In this document: positions 1-13,733 of the stretch, piece by piece
Layout of the letters: every line of letters starts with the position of its first letter
Numbering within the stretch: position 1 is the stretch's first letter
Translations under genes and position numbers: made by a program
Assembly: GCA_964199315.1 (NCBI GenBank)
Contig: OZ116698.1
Location: 23,374,001 to 23,438,000, forward strand
Length of the DNA: 64,000 bases
DNA from: Orbicella franksi
Taxonomy: Eukaryota
Reading direction: 5' to 3'
Notes under the pieces: generated by a model
Seen by the model: the letters and a program-made list of their open reading frames with translations, nothing else
Database searches by the model: none
What the model was told of the DNA's origin: nothing

Positions 1-1751
1 GTTTGGCTTGCTAGCTGTTGACATATTTTTAACTTAACCACTTAATCTCCACCAAAGGGTTACATAGGGTTATTTTAGGGACAGGTGGTGGTAGTTGGAG
101 AAGGGGGTTGAGGAAATGTAAGTCGAAATTTGTACTAAGTGCGGGGCATTTGTAGCAAAAACTAGCAAGGAAATTTGAAGGTGGCTGGTTCCATCGGGGT
201 GGACCCAGATCAGAATTTAGGATACAAAATCCCTCAGATCATGGTGCATCAAAGGAAGCAATGAATCCTTGTGTAAAGTGGATTCATGGGCCGGGTTAGT
301 TTAGTCGTGATGCGGATCCGGATGATACTTTATATGAGCAGAAGTTATGATAGCGGAATATGGCCGATGTCTCAGAAGATCGGTGCACTCCAGTCGATCT
401 TTCATAGTTTTCTTAATGCCTTTTGCTGTTTTAAAGGCTACATTCAAAGAGGAATTTTGGTGCACTTGTACTTTCTAGACATTACAGAGGGAAAAAAAGA
501 TTACATCTGAATGTCCGATGAAAGTTAAGCGGAGCCGGTTTAAGAATCTGCCGACTTTCTCTCATAACCATTAAAAATGCATGTCAGATGCCTCCAGCTA
601 CTGACAAACAATTCAGCCCTGATAAAGTCAGGCCATTATGAATTTAAATTCTTATATTAACCCGTTGCCGTTCCTGGGGTATTTTAGTCATACGGGTCGG
701 CATATCAAAAATGCGACTAAGTTAATATTGAAGAAAAGACTCATTTTAATTTGAATAACATGACACCTATTCCTCCTTTAAGTTTTTGGTAATCTCTTTT
801 TGATGTCTCTCTTTAATTAAACGTCTAAGGTATCATAACAACAGTATATGAATTTTGCTTCCTTTTCAAAAGCTATCTACAGTTGAGTGTAATCATAAAA
901 CTACCCAATTTCCAATAGCTTTTATTAACTTCAATCCGTCTAATTTATCCGAGCTCGTATTTTAAACTCCTTACACGTAAACAAAAGTGCATAAACAGAA
1001 TGAAGCTAATTTGGTTTTATTATGTTGTTTATTGACTACTTAATTGAAAATGCAAAAATGGTTGACCCTTCTCAGCAAATAGTAATTATAACTCGGCAGG
1101 TTCAAAGGTTTCTAGTCAGTGATACCTATCGTGGTGAAGGTGTTTTTTTCCCTAACAACTAGACGTGTTAGTTCAGCTATTTAATTGATTTCCATAAGTA
1201 GAAGCTGCAATTTGGCAAGATTTAGGAAAAGTAGCATGAAAAAGGATGGGTTTGGTACTGCTTCCATAGTCTTACGGCAATTTTGTTTGTTTTTATTTAT
1301 TCAATGCGCTTAATTGCATTTCTTGTGACTGCCTCTTTTAGCATTGCTTCTTAATATAGTGCTTGACTCTTCTAAACAAACTACTTATAATTCGGCAATT
1401 ACAAAGGTTTCATTCATATCAATTGTAGGAAAGAGCTGTAAAGGGTTTTTCCGAAGACACTCAATTATATTTCGCATGGATGGCTTTAATAGTGGGCGCA
1501 GGGGGCTTGGCTGGACAAGAAGTTTTCCGCACCCCTTAATCTAGCGGTAGTTTCTCATTTCATGCTAGGCAATTGTTCCCGTTTCTCGCGCTACCTGCTC
1601 TTTGCAAAATGTAGCTCTATCCTCGATTACAATCCCCTTCTTAAAAGGTTCCCTCTCACTGTTTTCCTGGTACAATAGTGTTTGTACCATACGTACGATT
1701 CTTACGTACTTTGCACCTTACTTTGCTTTAGACGGCCCTTAATTTACTTGC

Positions 1752-2356
1752 GGGTGTCTGGAAAACCCGAATAGCTAATAGCGAATAGTCGCGAATAATG
1801 CGAATAGTCTCGAATAGTGCGAATAGTGGCGAACAGTCGCGAAAAGTGGCGAATAGTGACGAATAGTCGTCAATAGTCACCGCTTTAGGTCTAATATCCT
1901 GCGTTAATTAATTATCCAAATAAGCAACTGAATTTCATTGAATTTATTACCTTTTCTTCTCCGGACTCAGGCTCGGGCTGTCCATCGCCGACATTAAGAA
2001 AACAGAAAACACAAGGATAACCTAATAAAAGACGTATTTACACTTTTGGAGCAGTTAAAACAGAAGAAATTACGTTTAGAAATACCTTTTGTCCTGATAA
2101 GCGTCTGTGCTTTTTAGCGGGAAAATCCCGTCCTACGTTGCTGCGAGGTTGACTGCGAGACATTGGGTACCCTATTTGCTACGATTTGCCACTAATTTGC
2201 CACTATTTGCGACTATTCGCCACTATTCGAGACTGTGCGCCACTATTCGCACTATTCGAGACTATGCGTACTATTCGCTATTCGCTATTCGGGACTATTC
2301 GCTGTTCGCTATTCGCGACTATTCGCTATTCGCTATTCGGGTTTTCCAGACACCCC
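1752..2356. mobile_element. Non-autonomous DNA transposon (MITE/foldback) with GGGTGTCTGGAAAACCCGAATAGC terminal inverted repeats and GCGAATA-type subterminal repeats
   Basis: Left end gggtgtctggaaaacccgaatagc (1752-) is the reverse complement of right end gctattcgggttttccagacaccc(c) (-2356). Flanked by the direct repeat TTACTTGC at 1744-1751 and 2357-2364 (8-bp TSD). No transposase ORF inside. Confidence 0.85.
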
Positions 2357-2766
2357 TTACTTGCTGGTTGTAAAAAAAACGTATAATGTTCATGGCGGAC
2401 ATATTTATGTACCAGAAAAGAACTCATTTCCCAAAGGTCTGGATTTAATTGTTTAGAAATAGTATGCATAATATAGTCAGGGTGACTTCTCGTTAAATCG
2501 TCCTATGACTCGAAATTGAGGACATAAGAACACGAAAAGAAGGAATTACTAGAAGTTCATGATATAGTTTGCTTAAAATACCAATAATTTCATTCCCACT
2601 CTGAAGAAAAAAGAAACTGTCAAATTGTTTTTTGTAATGATTCTTATCAATTGGCCTCAATCTAAGTTTGTACGGGGGCTCCTGGTTTTTATGCTCCTTT
2701 ATCTATCGTCTTCCATCCCCCCCGGCTCCCTACCCTTCCCTCGATTCCGCCAAAGATAATCTAGCA

Positions 2767-5700
2767 ATGTCGACAAGGTGATCAAAATCACTTACAGCGG
2801 TTTGATGTAAATTAAGGAGAAAAAGGAATAGAAAGTTGCCAAGCTTACTGTATTGGCTCAACTGATGGCAATTTAAATGATTTTTTTTCCTCAGCACTGA
2901 AATCCTTATTTGCCAACCCGCTCTCGACGCTGGCTTTCTGACGTTTGCTTCGGTATTCATCGCGGTATGTGTGTTAATATAGTTCCACATGATACAGTGG
3001 CGTTTAATTGCCATTGAGAGTACGTGGTGGTACCACGTGACTTAGTTTGACAATTAAGTGCGACAGACACGTGCTGGATTTTCACAATCAATATTTTGCT
3101 TCTTTAGCTTATTATCATCTTGGTTCTCTCTTTTTTAACTCAACGGAGGAGGAACGCGACGCTGTGCGGTAAACCTATCACAAGACCGGGATTGTGTATG
3201 TAAGTACATTATTCATTTTGCTTTCTTTCGTTTTATTGGCTGCTCATCCAGCCCTGCACCATCTGAATTCAGTTTTGTTAAAATAGTCATTTGAGAGTCA
3301 GAAACCTGATGATACCTCCCCTTATCAATGTTGCTTGAAGTCATGATTACTGCTACCGGACTTGAAATTCGGAGGTCGCGGGTTCCAGTTCCGCTCTGAC
3401 CACGAAGCTGGCGTTGATTCTCGGTAGACCCAAGTTCAACTCCACGGTAATGTGCGTAGATAGCCTGTTGGTCTGCCTCCCGCCAATTAGGATTTTTAAG
3501 CCTGTTTCAGTGTTATGTTTAGTTCATATTTTTGTTTCTTTCAGTTTGTGGCATGCTTGTGAACTAGCTAGGTGTACCTTAACGCATTGATCACTGTAAA
3601 CATTATTACACTCAATTACTGATATATACAGCAACTTTGTAACGACAGAGAAAGAGGGGAGGGGAGGGGGGAGGTCCGACTGAAACTTATGTACTTAATA
3701 TTAACTAAGTAAGCTTTTTTTTTAGCCCTGTCAACTTGGTAGACAGTTACGAAAACAGGTTTGCCTTTGCGTGCGCGTTTGGTGCCACAACAACGAGATG
3801 CTTGTTTATCCTGCTTATGGGTGACTATTCCGCGATCTTCACTCCAGAAATGAACGAATGGTTGAAAGATCCTGCAATTCCTAGCTACACTGCCAGTAAG
3901 TTTTCAGAGAGGATTAAAGCTGAGGAATGGCCAGTTCCCTCTATAAGATGCGCCTGCAGGGAATCATGGTTATTTCATTCATCATCTTAGCCTGGATATT
4001 TGTTTTACATACATACATACAACTGCCATGATTCCCTGCAGGTCCGTCTCATGGAGAAAATGGGCTATTATCTCCTCGAGCCACCGGTTTAACTGATCAG
4101 ATGGAAAAACAAATCGCGACTTGGTCAGGCATATGTTAGTAATTTATATTTAATGTCAGTAACACTGGACGTGCTTGAGCAATCTCCTGAGCGCCTATTT
4201 AATTAAATTAATTAAATAAGATATTAGAAGTTTTTGTCACACAGTTGCTTTGACATCCAATCAAAGCTAACTGTGCTGCTGGAATATTGACACTGAGGTT
4301 GCAGATTTTGCAGATAGCGACAATTAATTCCAGATATAAGTTCGGAGGTGACGTAAGGAAATATATTATGCAGAAACTGACTATTGTAGGAATTCTTTAC
4401 GGTACGAAAAAAACTGACTACTGTGAGGACGTTGTACGATCCAAAAAAACTGTCTATTGTCAAAGTTTGTACGTGTTTTCCTGCTCTTGGCTGGCTGGTT
4501 TCGTGTACACGCCTTTAGTTCTCATTGGCGTATTAGGCTTTTCACTGTTTACATTGTACGACTGTGGATCGTTGTCATTTACATGGATTTGGGATTATAA
4601 TCCTTCAAAAACGGTTCCCAGTCTCTTCTGTCACGGGACATGTCTAGTCACATCTCGTAGGAAAAGTGCTATAGCTAATATTATATCCGTGGTAAACGTC
4701 TTTAACTAATTGTCGTTAACTTCTCTTAATTACTCTTTCACAACCGCCGTTAAAAGAGTCTTAAATTGAGAAGAAGATTCCAAGGAAAACTGCTTTCAGT
4801 ATCAACACGGCACGCGAAAAAATGAAGACGTTTTTACCTTTAAAAACTGATGCAGTTTTTAAATGATAATTGGATTTTGTCAGAAAGATGTAGATGTGTT
4901 TTTCTTTTTCCTTAGTTTGTTGGAAGATCTTGGCCATGGTGGTCATCGGAATCGGGTATTATCCACTGTTTGCTTGCATGGCAACTGACTACAAGATCAC
5001 TGGCCTTGTTATTGGCTTCCTTTATTCTCTCATGTGGTTAGTATGATTTGATTTGTCGTTGCACTTTGAGCAATAATTGGGTAAGATTTCGGAACCTGAA
5101 ATCCCTGGAAAGCCCTAATGTGTGTTTGTTTTAACTACCGGGTTAAGTAGCGTTAAAGTGCTGGACTCTGAACCTTCGAACCCTGGCAGCGTTCATTGTC
5201 AATACACTGTATTATCCAACTATTTTTCATTAATTCTGTTTGTATAAGTAGTCTTTTTGGCGTGTGTGTGTGCTTTACGTGCTGTTGCAAGTGTCTTTTT
5301 CTCATTTTCTCTTCTAATGTGACCCAAATAAATAATTGCTTTAATCACTAAGAATGGCTGTCCAGTCTTATTAGCCCGTTTATGTTATTTTATTTTAAAC
5401 TTATTTTTGTATACTTACATTTTAAGTGTGAGTACAAATAAAGTTCCTCTTGTTGTTGTTAATTTTATTTCATGATGATTAAACTCTCGTGCTGGTACTG
5501 TTTTCCTTTACAGGATTTCCTTTGAAGCTGCTCAATACATCCAGTGTCCATCCTACACCTCATCGGTAAGAAGATTACGAGGATTCGTTCGTTTATCAGT
5601 CGACTTAATTAGGGCCATCGCGTTGATTTTTGAGACAGTGATGTTGCTATTCTTGCTTATACGATAGTCGTCTAGAACCTTATTAGATTTATGTTCAACC

Positions 5701-8700
5701 ATCTCCTAGTACTTTCCAAGACTTAGATTTTGATGGGTCATGTTGTCAGTTGATGCTGCAATCATGCAGTATCAAGGAACAGCCCGATCATTGGTGAACA
5801 CGTTGTTATCATTTTCGTTACACAATAGGTTACCATAGCAACAGTATTCTAGAGAATTTCTAACGTCATTAAATTATGCTAGATATTCCCTGGAGACAGT
5901 CTTGCAGTCGAGTTTCCCGTGTATATTTGCCTGGTCTTCTTGTGCGTGAGGTACTTTGCGTTGCTGGTTAAAGCATTACACACGAGGTGTCGTCCCAGTG
6001 CTTCTCCGAAGGTTGGTTAATTCATGTTGCTTCGTTCTCAGTTTTGTAGAAGAAAACCGTGGCAACCGTAGACTATGTTGTGGAAAATTATTAGTTTTAT
6101 TTTTGTTATTTTAGAGTAAAATTCTAGAGGAAGTGTCTCCAATTAGCTCCATTGGAAACTAATTGGAGACACTTCCTCTAGAATATTAATTAGTAAATAA
6201 CCATTCTAATCACGTGTTATTTCATCAAAAGTTCGTTACTGATCCGATGATGCGATGTGTGTGGCTGATTCAAATCACGTAACCTCCTCAGTAACTTAAT
6301 CGCTATAAACAGGATGTTTCCTTTTCTCACGTGGATAATCTCAAAAATGCAACTGTCACTGGGACTGTAAAATGTGATTGTTACATGTGAGAATTATTCG
6401 TTATATGTGAGCTTTTTTAATTTACTTAAAACTGAAAAGGCCGGTAAACGTCTTTAGAAATCAACAGGAACACAATTTGTACTTTACATCTGACTTTGTT
6501 ACAACTGTATGTCAAAACGTTTCCAAGAGAGCTTGACTTGATTTGGTTTCTTTTTATTTTTAGGATGAAGAGGACGAGTGGATGACCTTTTATAAGTACA
6601 AATACGTCGTTAAGCTTCTGGAACCAATTCCAAAAGAGTAGGCTGTTTTACGTTTGTGTTGGCAAACAAACTTTTCCTGATCTTTTGGAAACGCCTGTTC
6701 ACCAGAAATTCGTTAACATTGAAATTTCAATCGAATTTTATTGAACGGTGCTTTCGTGGGTAGCAGTTTTACTAGTTGACCTTCTTCAGGCCTAGTGTAG
6801 CATGTTTTAGGAACTGTCCACGTGACGTTTGAGTGCGTAATGGCTTCATGGATTGTGACATATATGGCTCGAAACGATCACACTCTGAAACAAATGAAAA
6901 GTCTCCTCTCTCTGAGGCTCCTTTCTAATAAGAATCAATTTTCTCGTGATCTACCTCTTTTGGTCACTGTCTTGGAGTTCCCCAAACGATTTTCCCTGCC
7001 ACTTCACTATGCTATGTTTTGCCAGGCAATTAACTGGAGTTAGTTAAATATACATTCATGTGTAGAGGAAAAGGTAAGGTATTGAACGGTCATTGTTCTG
7101 ACAGACACAGAAACCAGATGGCCAGTGCTACTTTCAAAGGAAGGGTGAAAGACAAATTGTACAAGTGGAAACCAGGTATGGATCATGGATCAGTCTCTTT
7201 TTCCATATTGAAATGGTTTTCCATCATCGCAATTGCCATTTATTCGGCTTACTTTCGATCACTTAACGAAGTAACGTTAAAATTAAATCTTAATCAGTCA
7301 GATGCCTTGATGAGTCACCTTGACTTTTTCTTAACAGTTCTTCCCTTTTTTCCCTCAGAATTCAAATATTCAACTCGCGTTGTTTGCACTTACCTTATCA
7401 GCTCTATCGCAATATACGAGGTACGTGGGATCGAAAATCATCAAACACAACTTCTTATTCGTGGGAAAACTAGGCAAGAGGTGATACAGCTGAAATCAAG
7501 GATTTTGCTCAAACTTGGCACACATGTTGGGTTTGGTAAGAAAATGATTATGGCAAAAGAGTAGGTCAAAATATTTTATTCCCCCTAAGTTAGGGGAACC
7601 CCTGCAAAAATGGTCATTTGACGCCTAGAACGTTAACAAATTCCAAAATATTCGGAAAAATATTCCGAAATATGATAGCAAAAAAAGCTCCAAACGGTAG
7701 AGATCACCAAAAACCACAAGGGTCACTCAGGGGGTGAGTTTTATTAATCTTACGTGTAAACTTTTCGTATTTTTAAATATTTAGCATTCGAAATCGACGA
7801 TATTTCATTCCTCATACAACATATAAACAGGTTGTGGAGAAAGCTACTCAACAGGCAGTCCAAAATCCGTCGAGAGTTATTACTGCTGATATAACAGATT
7901 CCTCACAAAACACACAACAGACACAAGATTTCGCCATCTTTGAAGATATTATATGCCATAATTTCGTCCTCACCAAACCCAACACTTGTGCCAAGTTTAA
8001 TTGAGATTGGTTATTAGAGCTGTACCACCTCCTACCTTGTTCTGCCTGATTTTCTCATGGACATGTTAGTAGAATTGCATGCCAAAGCAGTGCATTTCTG
8101 TTTACTTTTGTTTCAGGTTCTTATTCTATTTGTCGCTTTGGGAGTATTTCTTCTTAGGGTACGGGAAGAATTTGTTGAGAACTCTCTAGTCGACGTGCGT
8201 GAGCTGAGAGAAATCTTTATGATTATTGGAGGTATGTACAACCTTGTTATCATGTCATTTAGTCGACACTGTAGTGAGCATTGTAGATAGAATTACAGCC
8301 CTACAGTGACTTTAATGTTGATACAGACTCTAGCAGCCCTAAGATAGCGAGCACCTGGAGGGGATTAAACAAAATACATGTAGCTCTGGCTCGAGTTTTA
8401 AACCCTATTCATTTATGTCTGTTTTGGACAAAAAAGGTAGCCCATAAATTTTTCTTCCAAAGAAAATAGTACCTACCTAAGGTAGAAACATTGTGTTCCT
8501 ATACTATACAGTTTTTCTGCCATTTTCCACCATTTGTATACCTCCAACCCAAGCCAAAAATGGTTCACTTGCAATCTTGGTCAGTTGTTCAAAGTGTGGA
8601 TAGCACATGATAAATCGCTATTCAGTGAATAAGTGTTGACTAAATAAACAATGCTATCCAACTAATAGTGATTTAGCTGGGGCCACTTTTCAAGTCACCG

Positions 8701-11700
8701 CGATCTCTTTTTCTGTCCGTTATAAATTCATAACCGGGCATGAAAGAACCTATTTTCGTTTATTTTCACGGTAGATACTGATTCAAGTCTCTTGATTTTT
8801 CAATGCCTGCAGTGTCGGTCTTTGTTGCTGTCGCACTCTCTGCAATTTACAGTGTAGTCTTGATGGCAAATATGTTGTCTTGGTATAGGTAAAAGAACTG
8901 TTTTTATTAATTTTGATATACATGTACGTGTAGAGCATATTTATATTAGGAAATAGAACTACGATCAGTAACGAGGGTATTGAATTTTTTTTTTAAATTG
9001 CGATGGCAGTTAGTTAACTTCAAAGAAACGTATTAAAATGACATTTCCACCAAATAACATTTGCTATGAACGAAGCTTAACAGGATTTTATGAAATAAAG
9101 TGATATGAGAACAAGGTTATGGGTTTGACCCCCATTCAAGCCTGAACTTTTTTTGCAACTGATCCGCATAAGATAATCACATTGATGTAGTAAACGATTA
9201 GAAAGTACACTGTATGTTGCTGTACATGTAGACTGTATTTAATAACATGGTACAAGAATAGATGAAAATGACGTGAAATCATTGTATCCGTTAATTTTTG
9301 TCAGGGCTGCACGTGACAAACCTTAGTTTATTTTAATGGAATATTTCAACTTTCTTCAGGGGACACTTGCTACGTCTTCAGCGCGGTGAAAAGAATTTTT
9401 TACCGCCAGCGATTTTTAACCAGAACCCCTCTGCTATCACGGTAAGGTGCATTATTTTTTGTGAGAACTTTAGTGCCTGTGTGTTACATCTAAATGTACA
9501 TGCATATTTAAAAGATCGTAAGTGTTATTTTCTAATGGCAGAGTTAAGTAAAGTATAACAAAATAAGTGGAAAATGTTTTTCTAACCCACCGCTGGGGCC
9601 TGAGAATGGCTCATGTGATATTTAGCGGGCAGTTTGTTGCGTCCACCATTACTGACCTTTTCCCACCAGCACACCCAAAGAATTCTAGTTGATACTGTGT
9701 GATTTGTTTGTCTTATCCACCAACCTGGCCTATGGTGTAATTTCCCTTACTCATGCATGATGCACATGCATTTGCAACAAAAGTCAGGTTGTGGCTGTCC
9801 TGGCGTGGCTACCAGTGGTGTATGAGTAGTCCATCACCGGTGACTCCCCAGCATTCTGTCAGGCTGCTCCAACAATTCCCCATTACCCAGTTATACTCCC
9901 GGGTGGAGAGAGGTGTGATGAGCCTTTCCCAAGAGCACAACTGAATTACTCCGGCCAGGACTTGAAGCAGGACCGCTCGACTTGGGAATCCAGCGAACTA
10001 AACATTAGCCCACCGCACCTCCCGTGCTGAATGTTTATTGTCTATTACATGACGTCCCTTCTCCTTTCCATTTGGATTGATAGCATAGGCGCATCAAACA
10101 TGCAATTATTGGTTTCCACCACAACAAACTAAAACAAACATTGACGAGGGACAACGCTTTAAGAAGAGATAACATTTCAAGATAACATAACTGATAAGAC
10201 TAGCGTCAACTTCGATTCTAGTTTTACAATCAGAAATTAAAGGTGATTTGCATCATTTAGCAACACCACTCTTAATTTTGGACATTTCTAACGTACGTAG
10301 CTGTAGTAAAATGTTGTAGACAGTACAGTTAACCTTTAATCCCTGTGATTAGAGTTATATATTGAACCTTTCGTAAGCCACCTATGTAATCTTGCATTTT
10401 GTCAAGATTTATTATTAGCAAAACACTGCTCGTGATTTGATATTATCCTATCTAATAACCTGTCCTTGTTGGTGTTTCAATTCTAGGCTGCAACTCTCAA
10501 ATACTCAGGTTTCCAGGTCGCGTATCTCTGTTGGGGTAAGTTTTCGCAGTTTATATGCAATATGAGTATTTACACCATGCGGATAGAAAATACAGCCAAT
10601 CAAAGTACAGGAAAGCTGTTTTAAACGTGACGGTATTACACCCAACTTTCCCATCGTGTGCTGCGCGCATGTCACAATGATTGTGTTAGCCACTGTATTT
10701 TCTATGACTTGAGATATTCTATTGTATACCGCTCGAAAGCCTTGCTTAACTAGCATATGTATCTGAAAATCATTTCAGAAGATATCACTCTAAACGTACC
10801 TTCTGTTGTCATTATCGACTGGATTATTATCTTTGTAACTGAAGTATACTGCATTGCACTTTTCTTTCAGGTGTGACAATCACCCTTTTGTTTTTGACCG
10901 GAGTTAGTTTTGTGGTTGGACACCAGATCATTTTGCCAATGGTGGACGGCGGTTTTGATTCCTTTGTTTGGTCAAAGCTCAAAGATCTCTGGTAAGACTG
11001 TGAAAGTGCTACTGTTCACGATCGTGAAGGACTATTCGTCTGTCAGCTAGACTCTCCCTTGGATTGGTAGATAGGTCTGTACTTTGCAGAAAATGTCTCA
11101 ATATATCATGGCGTATCTTCTTTACTCAGTTTTGCAAAATTTGTCTTAATTTTGTCCAAGTTGACATGGTAACACAAAAGAGGAACGGCTCTGTGAGTTT
11201 CTCTTTCAGTTATTTATACTCGCCACATTGAAGATCTTTGTATCGGGGGTGGGGGAAGGAATATTAGAGTATTGAAATCAGGCCTTGTCGTAATGTATTT
11301 TAGACGGTTCTGCATTTGCACCTTAAAAGGGTGCAGATGTTTTTCGATGCGTTTTTATCTTCGATATCACTTTTTTATTTCAGGCCAGCTGTTGCAATTT
11401 CCCTGGGGTTCTTTTGGATCCAGTTATCGTTGGCAAAATACGTATTTTTAGCTGACAGGGATACTACACTGGCCTTGGATAACAGGTACGCCAAAATGTC
11501 GGGAGCACCTTAAGTGCTGTTTAGTTTCCTTTTGTTGTAGGTAGAACTTATAAATAATTTTATAGATAAAATAAGGTACATGTACTTTACAAGGTAGCAA
11601 AGGGTCGACAGTAGCACCATCACACTTGAACCTTCCTTCATTGTTTAAGGGCAGGCGGAACGGTTTTTCATGTAGCATTTAGTTTGCATGCAGAAATGTG

Positions 11701-13733
11701 TTAACGGTTTGAGTTCGGTGGGAGTGACTACCAAAAGACGAAAGCAAAATGGGGAATTAGAACAACAAAGCTCGAGAAACTTGTCACCCCAGGAAGATCC
11801 GTCTTTTCGGATCTCCCCCACCCCCTTCATGTGAACTGGCCCTAAAACACCTAAAAAGTTATTTGGTACTTTGATTTTCGGTCGTTTGTTTTGGTTGTTG
11901 TTATTTTTTTTTCTCCGTTTTTTTTAACAATCCAGTTTTATTTGTTTTCAGGCGTCTGTTCCATGTGTGTACGTTTTTCCTGTTCTTCTTTAACATTTTT
12001 CTTGGTGTAGTTTCTTGCCTGAAACGTATTTTGATTGGTGCCATTCTTGGTGTGATGTTCCTTGGACGGACGCAGAAAAGTGTCTTATCACGTGACTTCG
12101 AGCTAAAAGATCCAGGTTTGTGTAAAATACTTTTTTCATTGTCTCAAATAAGTATCGATTATTGATTTTTGTACTGATGCTAGTCTTCAGTAGTAATCAC
12201 CTCTCATACTTATAGACAATTTGGAATAAATAAGCACCAGCAAAGGTTTCAAAGGCTAACAGTTTGTAGTCTTTGAAAAGTTTACAAGTACTTATTCCAA
12301 ATTGAACGAGTGTATTTTTACAATGTGTATTAATTTGAGTGTCTGGCTATTCTACACACCCAAGTTCAGACAAAATCATAGGCAAAATCAACTTACATAC
12401 TGAGACCGAGGGTGAGTAAGTGTGCAACATGTTGAAACTCAATATTTGGTGATTTTAACCTTAACAAATTCTAAAGTATGTTCCTCACACAACTTGTACA
12501 CTGTTTTGAATTGAGTGGAGCTACACACATGTGCCTTAATGTAAAACCAAACTCAAAGCAATGGATGCTTGCAGAAGGGAGAATACATGAATATTTTGCG
12601 CTTTGGTCGCTTTAAGTATCACAGTCCTGGTTTGCATTTCTTGTCAGGTTTTAACGCGTACGTGGGATATCTGCTTTTGGAGCATACTCACGCCAATCCA
12701 GTACTGGTAACATTTTGTCAGTTACTGATCAAGACAATTAATGACAGACAAGCTTCTGAGGTCGCAGCATCAAAGGATCTTGTCCAGAGTAACCTGTATT
12801 CAAGTAAGTTTATGTTCACTAATAGGTTCTTTGATAGTCATCGATAGTTGTGTTCATCATAATTCATAGTGGTATTACGACAGCCTAAAAAAAGTCTGAT
12901 TTTATAATGGGTGAAATGTCATCGCCGTAATCTGAAATATCTGTTTGAAATGTAATGCTCATCATCGTCATCATTCTCTAGCAAGCCCGCACTAGCATCA
13001 CCAGCAGACGCAGCATCCTTTCTGTTTGTTGTTACTTCGGCTGTGGAGAAGGGCAAAACCCATGTTGCTGGAAGGACACTCTCTTGAGGCTGGTGTTTCT
13101 CAACCCCTTCTCTGGAACGAAGTAAATGTACTATGATCATTGTCGTGGAGTAAAGAAAGACATTGCTACTTTATTCCTTCAGTACTTTGTAACCTTTGTC
13201 ATTGCTGGTCAAAATTCATTATAATCAGTAAAACGTAGACGTAGACCCAACATAACTGTAGACCCAAAGTTTTTTGAATTGCTTTTTATAATTAATTCTA
13301 GCTCTCGCTGTCCTTGTTTATTTGTATCACGGTCTGAACTCTTTTGTTTTTGCAAACATGTACACTTGCTATTCCTTCTCTGTTTCTCCTGCTTCCTCGT
13401 TTTTTAGCAAAATGCCCTATTCGGCGACCATGGATTTCAGGACTCAATTAATTTCTAATAAAAATCCCATTCGTTTTCATAGATCACCAAGTTAGCATTG
13501 AGCTTGATAGCACTTCACGAAGGGATAGCTGCCGGCGAGTGCGTAATCGATGGCACTTGCTTCTTACTCTACATAACAACCCATCACTTCAGGAGCACCG
13601 GCGGCCAGACTTGTTCATTCAAAAGTCGCCATTTGCAGCGTTTCAAGTTATGATACAAAAAGGCATAGTGCAGTATAACCAATGCGAGGGTGAAAATGAT
13701 GACAAATCTGGGGTCGAAGACGCCAAATTGTGA
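2767..13733 (+). CDS. STRA6L: STRA6-like (STRA6/RBPR2 family) multi-pass membrane receptor, 19 exons, ~655 aa
   Basis: Phase-compatible GT-AG exons: 2767-2777 (start exon, weak donor, uncertain), 2895-2964, 3108-3199, 3726-3895, 4916-5036, 5514-5565, 5883-6011, 6564-6637, 7105-7175, 7359-7420, 8117-8231, 8813-8888, 9360-9441, 10487-10535, 10871-10991, 11384-11485, 11952-12115, 12648-12803, 13483-13733 (sum 1968 nt). Family motifs recognised: LIIILVLSFL, NRFAFACAFGATT, GYYPLFACM, LYKWKPEFKYSTR, KYSGFQVAYLCWG, LALDNRRLFHVCTFFLFFFNIFLG, DPGFNAYVGYLLLEHTHANPVLVTFCQLL, RNRWHLLLTLHNNPSL. Confidence 0.9.
3345..3510 (+). mobile_element. tRNA-derived SINE copy in a STRA6-like intron
   Basis: tRNA-like head (ggacttgaaattcggaggtcgcgggttccagttccgctctgaccac, B-box-like GGTTC) followed by a body that recurs on the - strand at ~43195-43310. 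Boundaries approximate. Confidence 0.65.
6121..6184. repeat. Perfect 26-bp inverted repeat (hairpin, 12-nt loop) in an intron
   Basis: attctagaggaagtgtctccaattag (6121-6146) / ctaattggagacacttcctctagaat (6159-6184). Confidence 0.9.
7455..8062. mobile_element. Degenerate MITE-like element with long imperfect terminal inverted repeats, in an intron
   Basis: aaacttggcacacatgttgggtttggtaag (~7510) is the inverse of ctcaccaaacccaacacttgtgccaagttt (~7968). Inverted similarity extends outward (gggaaaactaggcaagaggtgatacagct / agctgtaccacctcctaccttgttctgcctgattttctc). Ends approximate. Confidence 0.6.
9790..10025 (-). mobile_element. tRNA-derived SINE (degenerate) in an intron
   Basis: The - strand reads gggaggtgcggtgggctaatg...cggtcctgcttcaagtcctggcc (A/B-box-like head), then ttgtgctcttgggaaagg...tctctccaccc, a central motif I recognise from cnidarian SINEs. 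Family assignment from memory only. Confidence 0.6.

Noticed and set aside
2107-2456. Three overlapping repetitive ORFs (YSLFAIRD..., LFATIR...)
   Set aside because: They are translations of the MITE's heptamer subterminal repeats.
4287-4709. 140-aa ORF with a hydrophobic stretch inside a STRA6-like intron
   Set aside because: Flanking exons 3895->4916 join in frame and match the family without it; no convincing donor and no recognisable motif.
12919-13140. Minus-strand ORF with an acidic tail (LLENDDDDE) in the last STRA6-like intron
   Set aside because: Short, no partner exons and no recognisable domain; cannot be separated from chance or a decayed repeat.
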